64,000 bases of DNA from Gracilinanus agilis (taxonomy: Eukaryota): positions 342,341,974-342,405,973 of the forward strand of contig NC_058130.1 in NCBI RefSeq assembly GCF_016433145.1, given 5' to 3'. Position numbers and translations under genes: made by a program. This document shows, one piece after another, positions 11,238 to 22,585 of this stretch; the first letter of the stretch is position 1; every line of letters begins with the position of its first letter. Below the pieces are notes generated by a model. It saw only the letters and a list, made by a program, of their open reading frames with translations. It was not told where the DNA came from and made no database searches.

Positions 11238-11841
11238 TATTATTACCATAGCCTTTTGAAACTCAAATATAACATTCATACTAAGGTGATGGCAGTGGAA
11301 AAGGACTTCATTGGTGAAGATTGGTGTCACTTGCCATTTTTTATACAGGAGGTGATTAAATTAGATGACTTGGGCAAAGGGAATGGTAAGGCCAAGTTTG
11401 TTTGTTTTTTTTGTTTTGTTTTGTTTTGTTTTTGAGAATTTTTAAATCTTTAGTCTTTTGACTAATTCAGGAAAGGATTTTGCCTAAGAGTAGCTGCCTT
11501 GAAAAAATCACTTTTAGAGAGAGTGTTAGCAAGATTTTGCTTGTGAGAGATTAAAGGGTTCTTCATATTTTCACAGCATAGGTATATAACTAGGATCTGA
11601 GGATTAACCACCCACTATAGCATCTGGTTTCCCTCAATGTCAGAGTCTTCCTAGACTGTGTTTAATTTTGGTTCTACACTATCTAGTCTAACTATTTTAA
11701 TCCATTTACCGTCTCCCTAATGTAATTTCATTTTAATTCACATGAATGCTTGAGTACAATAGCTAGAGACCATTGACCTCTGGTACTGACTTGCCCTTTA
11801 GATGGAGAATTTGTTTTTAGATGTTGAGTATCCCCTGACCT

Positions 11842-12600
11842 TGTCGTAACCTTTATGGCCTTTCCCTTTCTAGTATAGCTTTACGAGCTCCTGTGTGTAG
11901 GGTAGCATTGGCTAGAAGTATGCACACAAGGGCATAGATACCATACATCTCTGATGCTACTTTCCCAGGGAAGGGTGATGAAGAGCCCATAAATCATAGC
12001 CAAGGTACCTCCAAGTCCTAGTTAGTGGGTCCAGACTGCCTAGCTATGCCTTCTGTCTCCTTCATTTTACTCTAGCCCACAAACTTGTGAAGATAATGAC
12101 CTGTTTGGGAAAAATACTCTAATAGCCTTATCCCTATCTTCTTTCTTTGAATATTTTCCCCACCCATTTGGAAATTAGACTACACTGGAACTCACCTATT
12201 CTCTATAACTCGAGCATGGGGACTCTATGGATTCTCTAGCACTTGCCATTTATTTCTTGCTTTCATCTTCTTTCATTTTTGCAACTTTGCATTTCTGTCT
12301 TCCCTACAACCCTGACCTTGAGTTGGCTCCAGCCCAGAGGGAAGCACATAAAAATCTTTCATACTGAGGCAGAAGTTGTCTCAAGTTTCGAGATCACTTT
12401 GTTCTGTCTGTTTTGTGTATGTTCTGATAATTTGCCTGGTTTATGATCCACTGTCTTGCCTTGACCTATGAAATCTGTGTTTTCCTTGGTAACTAAAAGC
12501 TTGTCTGGTTCCTGACCCATTTATTATCTTTCCTAAACCTCTGATACTTGACTCCTGACTGCTTCCACAGATCTAATTTATTCATTTCCCCCCCTTATCA
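11842..12600 (+). mobile_element. Possible degraded solo LTR
   Basis: Starts tgtcgtaacc and ends ccccttatca (TG...CA), with TATA-like ataaaa (~12347) upstream of a polyA-like actaaaagctt (~12492). No TSD found. Confidence 0.3.
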
Positions 12601-13559
12601 TGTCAATATTCTCCTCTCTCCCTGCAACCTTCAATATTCACACGTAAGAAGACTCTGAAAATTAACGCTGATTATAACATGTACTCAGGTTTTGTATGTT
12701 AAATTTGGGAGTGGAGATGGCCCATGACCATCTATTGCTGATAAATGTCAGATAATTTAGAAGTTTGGGCTGGTAAATGTGGATCTCCTGGTGGTCAGCT
12801 GGTTACTGCCACTAGTTCCCTCATCATTATGTACCTCTCTGTTGTTTCTGAGAATTCCTATCAGACGGAATTGGGGAAGGAAGGGACTCTCACTTTCTAT
12901 TCCATTTCTCTTAGAACTCTAATATGAGAATTGCTCCTTTCCCTCACCCCCATGACCAGAGGTCTTTGGAGGAAAAGGTTAAAAATAAAAACCCAACAAC
13001 AACAAAAAACAAGCAAAACTTGTCTATGTGAAATTTGGGAACTCTGCCCATTTCCTATTTGTTGTTCCCCTTAATTTTAACTTCCCTACAATTTAAAACT
13101 TTCTTCTCCAGTTTTATGTGAAAATATTCTTTATTGGCATTTCATACTCTAAAAATTATGTGTTTACATGTGTCCTAGCATTCAACTTTGGTAGCATTTC
13201 TTTCACTTTATTTTTTATGAATATAGGTAGGTTTATTGTTAACATACGATAGTTTTCAAGTATTATTATGTTTTGAATTTATTAGTTTATAAATGGTATC
13301 TGATGACTTTTCCCCTTTCTTTCCCACTAGAGGGTAAATGTTTGCTCCTAAAATGTCAGAGGCGGATGCAATCTTAGACATCATCTAGTCATAGTTTGTT
13401 AATAAGATTGGGAGCTATAAAGGACTTTAATGATGCAGATGAGGAAACTTGAAAACTAGAAAGGCCACGGGTTTCCCAATATCTCTCGGGTAGCAGATGG
13501 CTAAACCAGAATTCAGATCCAGATTTTCTGACATTGGAATCTAGCTTTCTTCTCACTGT

Positions 13560-13815
13560 TGCTATCTAATTATTTTTGGTCATGTGCAACTCTTCATGAC
13601 TCCTTTTGGGGTTTTCTTGGCAAAGATACTGGAGTGGTTTGGCCATTTCCTTGCCTAGCTCAGGGTTATATGATATATATATATATATATACACACGTGT
13701 GCACACACACACACATATTGTTCAGGGCGACACAGGTAGTCAGAAGCCATATTTGAACTCAAGTTTTCCTGACTCCAGGCCTGATGCTCTTCCACTGTGC
13801 CACCTAACTGCCCCT
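13560..13815 (-). mobile_element. MAR1-type SINE with internal (TA)/(CA) microsatellite
   Basis: gtcatgtgcaactcttcatgactcc...ttcttggcaaagatactggagtggtttggccatttcc...gtgccacctaactgcccc. Confidence 0.8.
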
Positions 13816-15299
13816 CTTCCCACTGTGCCATGGCAGATACAAGATTTAAAATTGTTTCTCCTGATTCCTCATCTGAAACTTCTCCTACTATACAAGACCA
13901 TCTCTGGAGTATAATTTCGATGCTTTACTCTATGCTGTCAATGCATTCTAGAATTTTACCTTTAAAGATAAAGTGATTTGTATATGGTGGTGGTAGAATA
14001 ACAACGTTTTCTTAAAATGGGACTTAACAAGATTCTTAGAGAAGCAGAATGGTAGTATAGACAGATGGTCAATAATGGACTTAGACTTAGGAAGACTTGA
14101 GTTCAAGTTATATCATAGACACTGGCCGTATGATCCTGTATAAGTCACTTCCCTTTGTGGACCTCAGTTTCTTCCTCTGAAAAATGAGGTGGTTGAACTC
14201 AATGACCTTTGAGGTCCTGTCCAATTCTCCATCTATTATTCATTGAAAAAGAGGAATATTTTATCTGTTTATCCACCTATTTATTAATTTATTTTGTTAT
14301 CTGTTTCTAAAGAGGAGCAATGTCTCTATAGTGACTAGCATTTGCAGGCTATTTTTTCACATCAGGCAAAGATATAGAAAGATATATAGATCAGATGGTC
14401 TCTTAGAGACTTTCAGAGTTTATAAGCAATAAGAGCCCAAGATTGCAGGGGACCCCTAAGTTTAGCTGGTAACAGTCGGGCAGAGACATTGAAGGGCAAA
14501 GGGGCATATTGAAAGTCATGCACTACCCAATTACTTCCTACCTTCTCCATTAGTATTTCAGTCTTTACCTGCAATAATATTCTGAGCTGAGTTAAGAATT
14601 CAAAAAATATTAGCAATTCTGCCTATATTATGCCATCTTCATTCTACAAAAAAGGAAATTCAGGTGATTTGGTAATATCATATTTCTGATTTGGATACTT
14701 AAGAAATGCTAAGATTTTAAACTTGCAAATATATACTAGAATTACGAATAAATTAATTTGGCTAATAAACTCAATGCAGTTATCTGGCAGATGATTGGGT
14801 TTTGTAGTATTAGTAGTCTGTCCTTAAAATTTTGTCTTTCTCTTGGGATATTAAAAATATATTCAAGTAAAACCCTTTTGAACGCTGTTATTCTCTTTGT
14901 GTGTTTGGGTGGTAAGTCTTATCAATATACTGTATTATTAGAAAAATGTTACACTTTAAAGATAACAATTTATTTTCTCAGAGTGAAAGATGTAATCATA
15001 CATTCCATAGGAGTTTGACTATTTGTGTGAGTCAGAAAGCCTGAGAGTTATGTGTACTTTTAGAAGTTTTAGACAGCTAACATCATGAAGGTCTCTTAAT
15101 TAACCCATTACTTAAAATAAAATATAAAAACATGTAATCACCTCTGAAATAAAGAACCTTAAAGAATGGTAAAGCATCCAGTATCTAGTAGGTAAGTAGT
15201 CAACAAATATAAATAGACAATTAAAAAAAGAAGAAACACATTATCTTTATATTCTAAAAATTCACAGCCTAATACACACTTCCAAAATCATTTCCGTAT

Positions 15300-15535
15300 A
15301 TATTACAGAACAAAAAGAGAGTTTTTTTAATGTGAAACTGAATCTCTATTATGTAGAACTTGCAACTTTCAAAACTATCCTTTTCTGTGGTTCCTTCTGG
15401 CCTTTTGTTCTTTTCTCATCTTTTTATTTTAAATCTTATCATTTGCTTTTCTGTCCCATCTACCTCTCCCCAACTCCTGAACCCCAAGTAGGAAAAAAAG
15501 AAAAAAAAAACATATACACAAGCACGTGCATGAGT

Positions 15536-15577
<42 letters not shown>

Positions 15578-15740
15578 ATATAAAATCAAGCAAGACAAAT
15601 CTCTACTATGATCACGTTAAAAATAGATGTCTCATTCTGTATCTTAAGTCCATCACTTCTTTGTCAAGAGATGGGCAGCAGGTTTCACTGGTTCATTATT
15701 GGACCTCTGGAATTGTGGTTGGTCATCATTGTATTGTTCT
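15300..15740 (-). mobile_element. Degraded marsupial L1 3' UTR fragment containing (CA)18
   Basis: L1 3'UTR-like ttctgtatcttaagtccatcacttctttgtcaagag...tggacctctggaattgtggttggtcat. Confidence 0.6.
15537..15572 (+). repeat. (CA)18 microsatellite
   Basis: Direct reading. Confidence 0.97.
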
Positions 15741-15744
15741 GTTC

Positions 15745-15935
15745 AGAAGCAGTGAGGTAGCACAGTGAATTGAGAGCCAGGCCTAGAGTTGGGAGGAACT
15801 GGGTTTCAATCTGGCCTCAGACATTTCCTAGCTGTATGACCCTGGGCAAGTCACTTAACCCCAGTTGCCTATCCTTTACAGCTCTTCTGCCTTTGAATCC
15901 ATACTCTAAGACAGAAAGTGAGGGTATAAAAATAT
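15745..15935 (+). mobile_element. SINE1_Mdo-like SINE (older)
   Basis: gaagcagtgaggtagcacagtgaattgagagccaggcctagagttgggagg...gggcaagtcacttaacccc...ctctaagacagaaagtgagggt. Confidence 0.85.
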
Positions 15936-16275
15936 ATATTAAGCAAAGGATTTATATTATTCATTTATACTTATTGATTTCTCAATTTTTAAAGTGCATC
16001 AACATTTTGATGATTACTGTTTTGTAGCATCTGTAGATCCAGTAAAGCTAGGTACACTCTCCTCCCCTCCGTTTTTTTCATTATATCCCTTGAGATTCTT
16101 GATTTTTTGTTCTTCTAGATGAATGCATTATTTTTTTTTTTGTTCTATAAAGTAATCCTTTGGCACCAAAAAGTTTATGTGGACTATTCAGATAGTATTA
16201 CCATTTTTACCATATTTCTTAGCCCATCCACAAACAATAAGTATTTTCCCTCTCTTGTCCTGTCCTGCTCGCTTC

Positions 16276-16571
16276 TTTTTAAGACTAGTTCTCCATATCT
16301 TATCCAGACTGGAAGTATAATAGCCACCCATGGGCCTGGTCCCAATATTTGTGAGTAGGGAAACTTACTTTCTCTGTTTTTCTAACCTTTGTTGGTTCAC
16401 CCCTCCTCAGGCAGAATATTGGCCCTTCCCTCCTGAGAGCTCATCATATTGATGCTAGATTTAGTGTGGACAGCCAATCAGTTTTAGCTCTCTTACAGTC
16501 CAGAACTCCTAAACTCAGACAATCCACCAGCCTCAGTCTACATAGTAGCAGGGTAGGTGTTTGTCACTACC
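16276..16571 (-). pseudogene. Degraded, near full-length 7SL (SRP) RNA retrocopy
   Basis: The reverse complement carries 7SL segments in order: Alu-domain ...gctact...gactgaggctggtggattg.ctgagtttaggagttctggactgta; S-domain gcatcaatatgatgagctc (plus 16445-16456) and gcctgaggaggggtgaacc (plus 16394-16413); 3' end ccagtctgg...gtctt followed by A residues. Confidence 0.88.
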
Positions 16572-16591
16572 TTTTTTTTTTTTTTTTTTTT

Positions 16592-17010
16592 GCAAAGCAT
16601 ATTTTGCCATTATATTCACATAATTTAGAAATTAAATAATTCTGTGAGCTATTAAAGAAACACAAATTAAAATATTTCTAGTATCGACCACCCACACCAA
16701 CTAAATTGACAAAGAAAATGAAAAAGGCAAAATTCAAGGTTGGTAGGGCTATGATGAAATGGGTAGCATTCTAGATCCATGTATCTGCTTTAGTTAATAT
16801 TAGTCAATTAGAACTACAAAACTGTTCATACAATTTAATCTATTGATCCCAAATCTAAGTCTGTAGTATAATGGAAGCATGCCATTGACAGTTAATGGCC
16901 TATCTTTATAGAAATACTCGTAGCAACATTTTTCATAATAGTAGCAAGTGAGAAATAGTGTGCTTGCTCAATGATAGGGGAATAGTTAAACAAATTGTGG
17001 TATATGTATT
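16592..17010 (+). mobile_element. Old L1 ORF2 C-terminal remnant (continues ~17400-17700 after a MIR/MAR1 insertion)
   Basis: attaaagaaacacaaattaaaa...cacaccaactaaattgacaaag...aaacaaattgtggtatatg, matching L1 ORF2 motifs IREMQIK / TP.RLA / WLNKLWY. Confidence 0.65.
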
Positions 17011-17019
17011 CATTTGGGC

Positions 17020-17395
17020 AGCTAGTAGATAGAGCATTAGGTCTAGTATCTGGATGACCTTATTTCAAATTTGGTCTTAGACATTTACTAGCTTTATTAC
17101 CTTGGGCAAGTCATTTAACCTCTGTTTACCCCAGTTTCTTCAACTGTAAAACAGGGATAATAATAGAACATACTTCTCAAGGTTGTTAAAAAGGTCAAAT
17201 AAAGCCATATTTGTAAAGTGTCTGGCACAGTCATTCAGTCATGTCTGACTCTTTGGGACCCCATTTGGAGTTTTCTTGGCAAAGATACTAGAATGGTTTG
17301 CCATTTCCTTCTCCAGTGGATTGCCCTTTTTTGACAAGGCAATGATCTAGTTTATGTGCCTGGCATATAGTAGGTGCTTAATAAATGTGTTTTGT
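17020..17395 (+). mobile_element. MIR with an inverted MAR1 tail fragment inserted in its 3' end (~17228-17365)
   Basis: The MIR tail gtg(t/c)ctggca(c/t)a occurs on both sides of cattcagtcatgtctgactctttgggacccc...ccatttccttctccag. Confidence 0.75.
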
Positions 17396-18819
17396 TTGCC
17401 ATCCTTTCCCTAGAAGATTGGTATAAAATAAGAATGATAAAAAGAAAGACATGAAGCCTTATAGAGGAAAGAAAACAACTAAAATAACAGAATGTACTAT
17501 AGTTTCATTAAATCTGTAATTCAAAAAATTATGTAAAAAAAATTCACAAAAATCTGCAAAATTCACAAAATCTATAAGAACATGCAAAAAAAGGATAGTA
17601 AGAGAAAAAAATTTTAAGGATGATTTTGCTACTACTTTGTTCAAGTTAGTATCTTATTCCTCAAATGAGAAATTATTCAGAGCAAAGTTTGAGGCAAAAA
17701 GAGGTGGGGAACTAGGGGTAATCATTTTTTGTTCAGTCATGTCCAACTCTTCACGACCCTATTAACTTGTTCAAGAGGTTTTCTTGGCAAAGACACTTCA
17801 AGTGGTTTGCCATTTCTTTCTCCAGTGTATCTCCAATTTTACATCTGAGTATTTTATCTTGAATGTTGGTACTTGAGGAGTAGTCTGAGATCAGATTTGA
17901 AGTCAAATCTTCCTGACTTCATGTCCATCTATTGCACTATCAGGCTGCACCCCAGGGGTAGTGATACATACCTACAGTTCCTATGACATGGAGGCCAAGC
18001 TTGGTGGATCTCTAAAGTTTGGAGATTCTGAGTTGTAAATATGTGCCCACATTAAAGTTAGCATTAATATGGTGAGCAGTCCAGAAGCTAGCAGGTCACT
18101 AGCTTGCTTAAGAAGGGGCAAACCAACCCAGTTTGGAAATGAAGCAATTTAACACTCCTATTTTGATGAGAGTGAGACTGAGTCTGTGAACTAGTTCCTG
18201 CACTTCCAGATAGGGATGGCAGTGGTAAAAAAATCAACCAAAAGAGGAGATGGAGTAAAATATTTTCAAAATATGGCAGAATGGATATACTTTTTCCTGT
18301 TTGTGTCCCCCCTGCATGCCTTAGGATCTGGGAAATGTGTCCTTGGCCAGCATTTGTCATATTTATTCCACCTCCTCCTGTTTCTCTCTGGTAGTCTGAT
18401 AGTATCTTTGAAGACTGCATGAAGACTGGATCATTCAGTTTACTCCCAATATTCCCCTTAAAACAACTCTAGAGCTCAGTGAGTGTGTAATGGGCCAAGA
18501 GGTGTGAGTAGTTTAGACAATTTCCCTATGGCCTCTTTGTGTCCAAGAAGCTTGGGGGAACTGGGTTCAATATAGTTTGTTTTTGAATCCTGAAAACATA
18601 TTTTGAATTGGCAAGGCATTTCTCTCTGGGTAGGCCCCAATGTGTACAAGAAAATTTTATTCCATGAATTCATTTATTTATTAAAAGTTGATTTGTAAGC
18701 AATGGAGATGGACGTTGAGTGAAGGACAGAACTGAATAGGAGGTATTATGTCTGTGAAACCACAGATTAAAATGACCTCAAGCTGTTCTCTGCTTCCAAA
18801 AAGTCCATCTTTTTTTAAC

Positions 18820-19200
18820 AGCAGTATTCTTCCTGGTGATGCTATATGGCTATGAGTCATATCTACAACCCGAGAAGAAATGCAATTGCAGATGACCCAA
18901 GGGGCAATGGAAAGACTCATTCTGGATGCAGGTTGGCTTGATATATTTCCCTATGAGAATATACTTGTCAGAAATAGGATAAGAGACATCTTCAGAGATG
19001 TGCATACTTGGGAAAGGGGATGGCCTATTCTTGGGAAAGTTTTTGATAGATGGACAACTTAGGTTTTGCTTTGGTATCCAGGAAATAATGAAAAAGGCCA
19101 AGGAAGATTCCAACTGGTCTGAGTAGCTTTTTCTAAGGAAAATATGGACAAGATGGCAAAGGAGGAATAGATTGGGACCTTCAGAGGTGGTTGAAACTCC
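18820..19200 (+). mobile_element. Ancient RTE-clade LINE 3' fragment
   Basis: gatgctatatggctatgagtc (MLYGYES); MQLQMTQGAMERLIL...NRIRDI...DRWT resembles RTE C-terminal LRVTQRAMER...IRNEEIR...DGRWT. Confidence 0.8.
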
Positions 19201-19619
19201 TGTACCAGTGAGATCAAAGACTCATGGAAGTGTGAAGGTTCATTTGTCAGTGGATGGTGACAGAAGCTGGATCTATGATTTCACTGGTATAGAGAACTGC
19301 AAGATGAAGAAACCCCTCTTCTAATACAGGTTTGCACTTTTTGGCAACTTAAGTCTAGAGAGCTATTTAGAGCATAGAGATGTTAAATTCCTTGTCTAGG
19401 ATCACAGCCAATATGTATCAGAGGCAGAACTCAAACCAGGTCTTTTGGGCTCTGAAGCTAGCTCACCAGCTACCTTCTCATGGCTACTGCTATTTGTAAG
19501 TTGGTAGTTTGAATTTAGAACATGGTTTTGGGTTCTTCATGGGGATTAGGTTCCCAGGCTAACTGATGAAAGTTTATTTAAATCCATCATGGAGCTGGAA
19601 AAAAAAGCTTGTGATTAAA

Positions 19620-19865
19620 ATATCAAAAATTAATTGTGGTATTATTAATTACACAAAATAGAGAGTCAAAAAAGTTAAGAAAGAATCAATTTTATCTTTC
19701 TCAACATGATAAATATAGAACTATGCATTGCATGATAACCATCTTGGGAAAGGAGGAGAAAAAGGAGGAGGATGGATAGTAGAGAATATGGATCGCAAAA
19801 TGTCAAAATGATTATTAAAAACTGTATGTGTAATCTGGAAAGGGAAAAATATAATAAAAAGAGAA
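19620..19865 (+). mobile_element. L1 extreme 3' end with A-rich tail
   Basis: gaactatgcattgcatgataacc...ggatcgcaaaatgtcaaaatgattattaaaaactgtatgtgtaatctggaaa...aataaaaa. Confidence 0.7.
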
Positions 19866-20359
19866 GAAAAAGAATTAATTTTACTTTTTATCTTGAATTT
19901 TGGTACTTAAGAAGTAGAAAGTTTATTGAGAAAATGATATTAGCTAGAATTTGTGTAATACTTTAAGGTTTGCAGAGGGCTTTACAAATATTACCTTATT
20001 TTATTGTTACAACAACCCTGTGAAGTAGGTGCTCTGATTATCTCCATTTCTGCAGATGGAAAAGCTGAGGCAAACAGAGATTAAGAGACTTGCCCTGAGT
20101 CACCCACCTGGAAAATGTCTTAGATTGGATTTGAACTCAGATTTTCTTTATTCCAGTTCTAGCATGAGAAATTAAAGGAAAATCTTTGTGAATGTTCCGA
20201 AGGGAAACTCTAAACACTCCAAGGTACAAAAGTTTTGTGATATTGGTTCCTTTGGAGCAAAAAATTTATAGGAAAGTTTGAATCATTGACTTTTTTTGAA
20301 TCTAGGAAAATTACTTTTTAACTCATGAGAGAAATTTGGGGACAAACATCTTCTCAAAC

Positions 20360-21620
20360 CTTTTCTTTGATCAATTGCACAAGACCATTATTAGAGAGAA
20401 TTTCTAAACGTGAGTCTAACAGCTCCTCTATATTATAGTCCTCTAGATTAGAACTAAGTTACTTCCTTGGTTATGTTTATTTTTACTGACATTCTTTAGA
20501 ACCTCCTCAGACTTCGTAAAATAATGAACAAACTAAAAATAAACGTTTTCAGATTTTTTTCTTCTCCAAATCCCATCTAGGTGGTCTCCATTATTTCATT
20601 GCTAGTCTCCAGTTATATTTTTTAACAACATATACATTTCTGTCAGAAATCTGTGAAGATAGACATTTCCTCTCCTTCTGTAATTCTGTTGAATAAAGAT
20701 CATATAGTGATATGTTATGGTTAAGTAACCTTTTTAAAAAAAATTCTTTGGTCAATTGTCTTCAACAAATAGTTTAGATTAGGAAAGATTAGGAAATTAA
20801 TTATTTTCTTGATGTAATTGATGTAAGAATGAAGGTCATCTTGGAACCAAAATTTCCTTCTGATGCATCATCTAACAGAAGCACATTTTTTGGGGGAATA
20901 TAATTCAAGGCCAAAATGATGGAAAAACCAATCCCATTTCATCTAATTTTATTCACCATCTGAGATTCACAGAAAGGTAGCTGAGGAGCTTTTCCTCCAA
21001 ATCAAGTCAAATGGTCTCTCAAAGCTCAGGCATGGATTTCTTTCCTATGGAGATGTGGCATCTTCTAGGCACTTTTTAGCAGATCTTGGTTTTATCAATC
21101 TTAAACCTTTGAGGAAACATCATAGGCCTCTCTTCAGTCTTGCAGCAAATCTCAAGAAAACTAGAGACTGTTCTTTTGTCAGCACTAGCAACTTCCCTAC
21201 TCACCTTGATGTCATGTAAGCCCAAGATGGCTTCAGCCTACATCATGCCACATTTCTTTTTGTATCTTTTACCTACTGTCAAATCTTCATTTAGATTAAA
21301 GACTTTTTTGGGGGAATCATCAGGGTAAAAGAAATCTTACTCTGATGGTGATCTTCAAGGAACACAACCAACAATTTTTCCATGTCAGATGTAATAATAT
21401 TTTCTTTTGTAATATTTTGGTTGATTTTATGGATATGGATCCTTCATATTTAAAAAGTTCTAGCTTGGTCTCTGATGATCATTTTAGTAGTAATATAATT
21501 TGAACCGAGTACATATCTAATCTTAATTTAGTGCAAAATTCTCCTTTCCCTGAATGATTTAATGTTTAATTTCTCATAAAAACTTAATGGATTTCCTTTA
21601 GCTCAAAATAAATACATAAC
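20360..21620 (-). mobile_element. Degraded pogo/Tigger-family (TcMar-Tigger) transposase fossil
   Basis: Manual minus-strand translation gives, in correct order: SDMEKLLVVFLEDHHQ (21342-21389), GLHDIKVSREVASAD (21178-21222), FKIDKTKIC*KVPRRCHISIGKKSMP (21028-21105), WDWFFHHFGLEL (20901-20937), KNVLLLDDAS (20861-20890), KTIDQRI (~20742-20762), NGDHLDGIWRRK (~20558-20592), NIEELLDS (20411-20434). Confidence 0.88.
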
Positions 21621-22344
21621 TTATAAAACCAGCCAATTAAGCTGATGTGTTTTATAGAATATGCACATATATTTATATTCACACATATATATCTCAATAT
21701 GTATGTGTGCATGTGCATATATACATATATATGTGAGTAAAAGGGAGAGGAAGGAAATGGAAAGAAAGGACTGGGAGGCAGGAGAGAGAGAGAGAATTAC
21801 AGAGAGATTTTTTCAGTGACAACTATGCAAGACATAAAGGAGAGAATGAATGGAGGAAGTATAAAAAGAAAATACATGTAACATGAGAGTGTGATCGCTC
21901 TTAGCTGTCAGTGGTGAAACACAGGAGAGAAGAAAGGGAGTGCATGATATTCCTGATGTAGAGATGGAGCAAAAACAAAAGAGATTTGGATAGTATGGTT
22001 CCCAACTGTGAGGAACTTCATAAAAGTAGAGACTATGGCTTGTCTGAACATTGTAATTCTTCTAACAATTAGCACAATGCTTGCTGCTCGCATTAAGAAT
22101 TTAATAGAAACTGGTTGAATTGAATTTGCAGTATATAAAACAAAATTATTTACCTGCACATTGTCATATAGCAATGAAATAGTTAGTGGGACTTAGACAG
22201 GTCTTTTGATTACAGTTGGAGTGTTCTTCCCTCTACCTTGCTAGCTCTCACACAACAAATTAACTTAAGTCCCTCCAAATATATTTTTAATGGCTAGGAT
22301 CAAGTGGGCACAAGTGAGTAACAGCACTATGATGACTCTATGGC

Positions 22345-22585
22345 AGCTAGATGGCCTAGTGGCTAGAGTTTTAGATTTGGAATCAGGAAGACTTGAGTTC
22401 AGATTTTGCCTCAGACACTGGTTATATAACCCTGGCCAAGTCATATAGTTTCTCTCACCTTCAGTTTCCTCATCTACAAAATGGGGAATATAATAGCATC
22501 TACTCATAGGCTTACTGTGAAGAACAAATGAGATTCATATGAAAAACGCTTTGCAAAGCTTATGGCTTTCTGGAAATACTTATTA
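22345..22585 (+). mobile_element. MIR/CORE SINE
   Basis: ggcagctagatggcctagtggctagag...gagttcagattttgcctcagacact...cagtttcctcatctacaaaatgggga. Confidence 0.85.
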
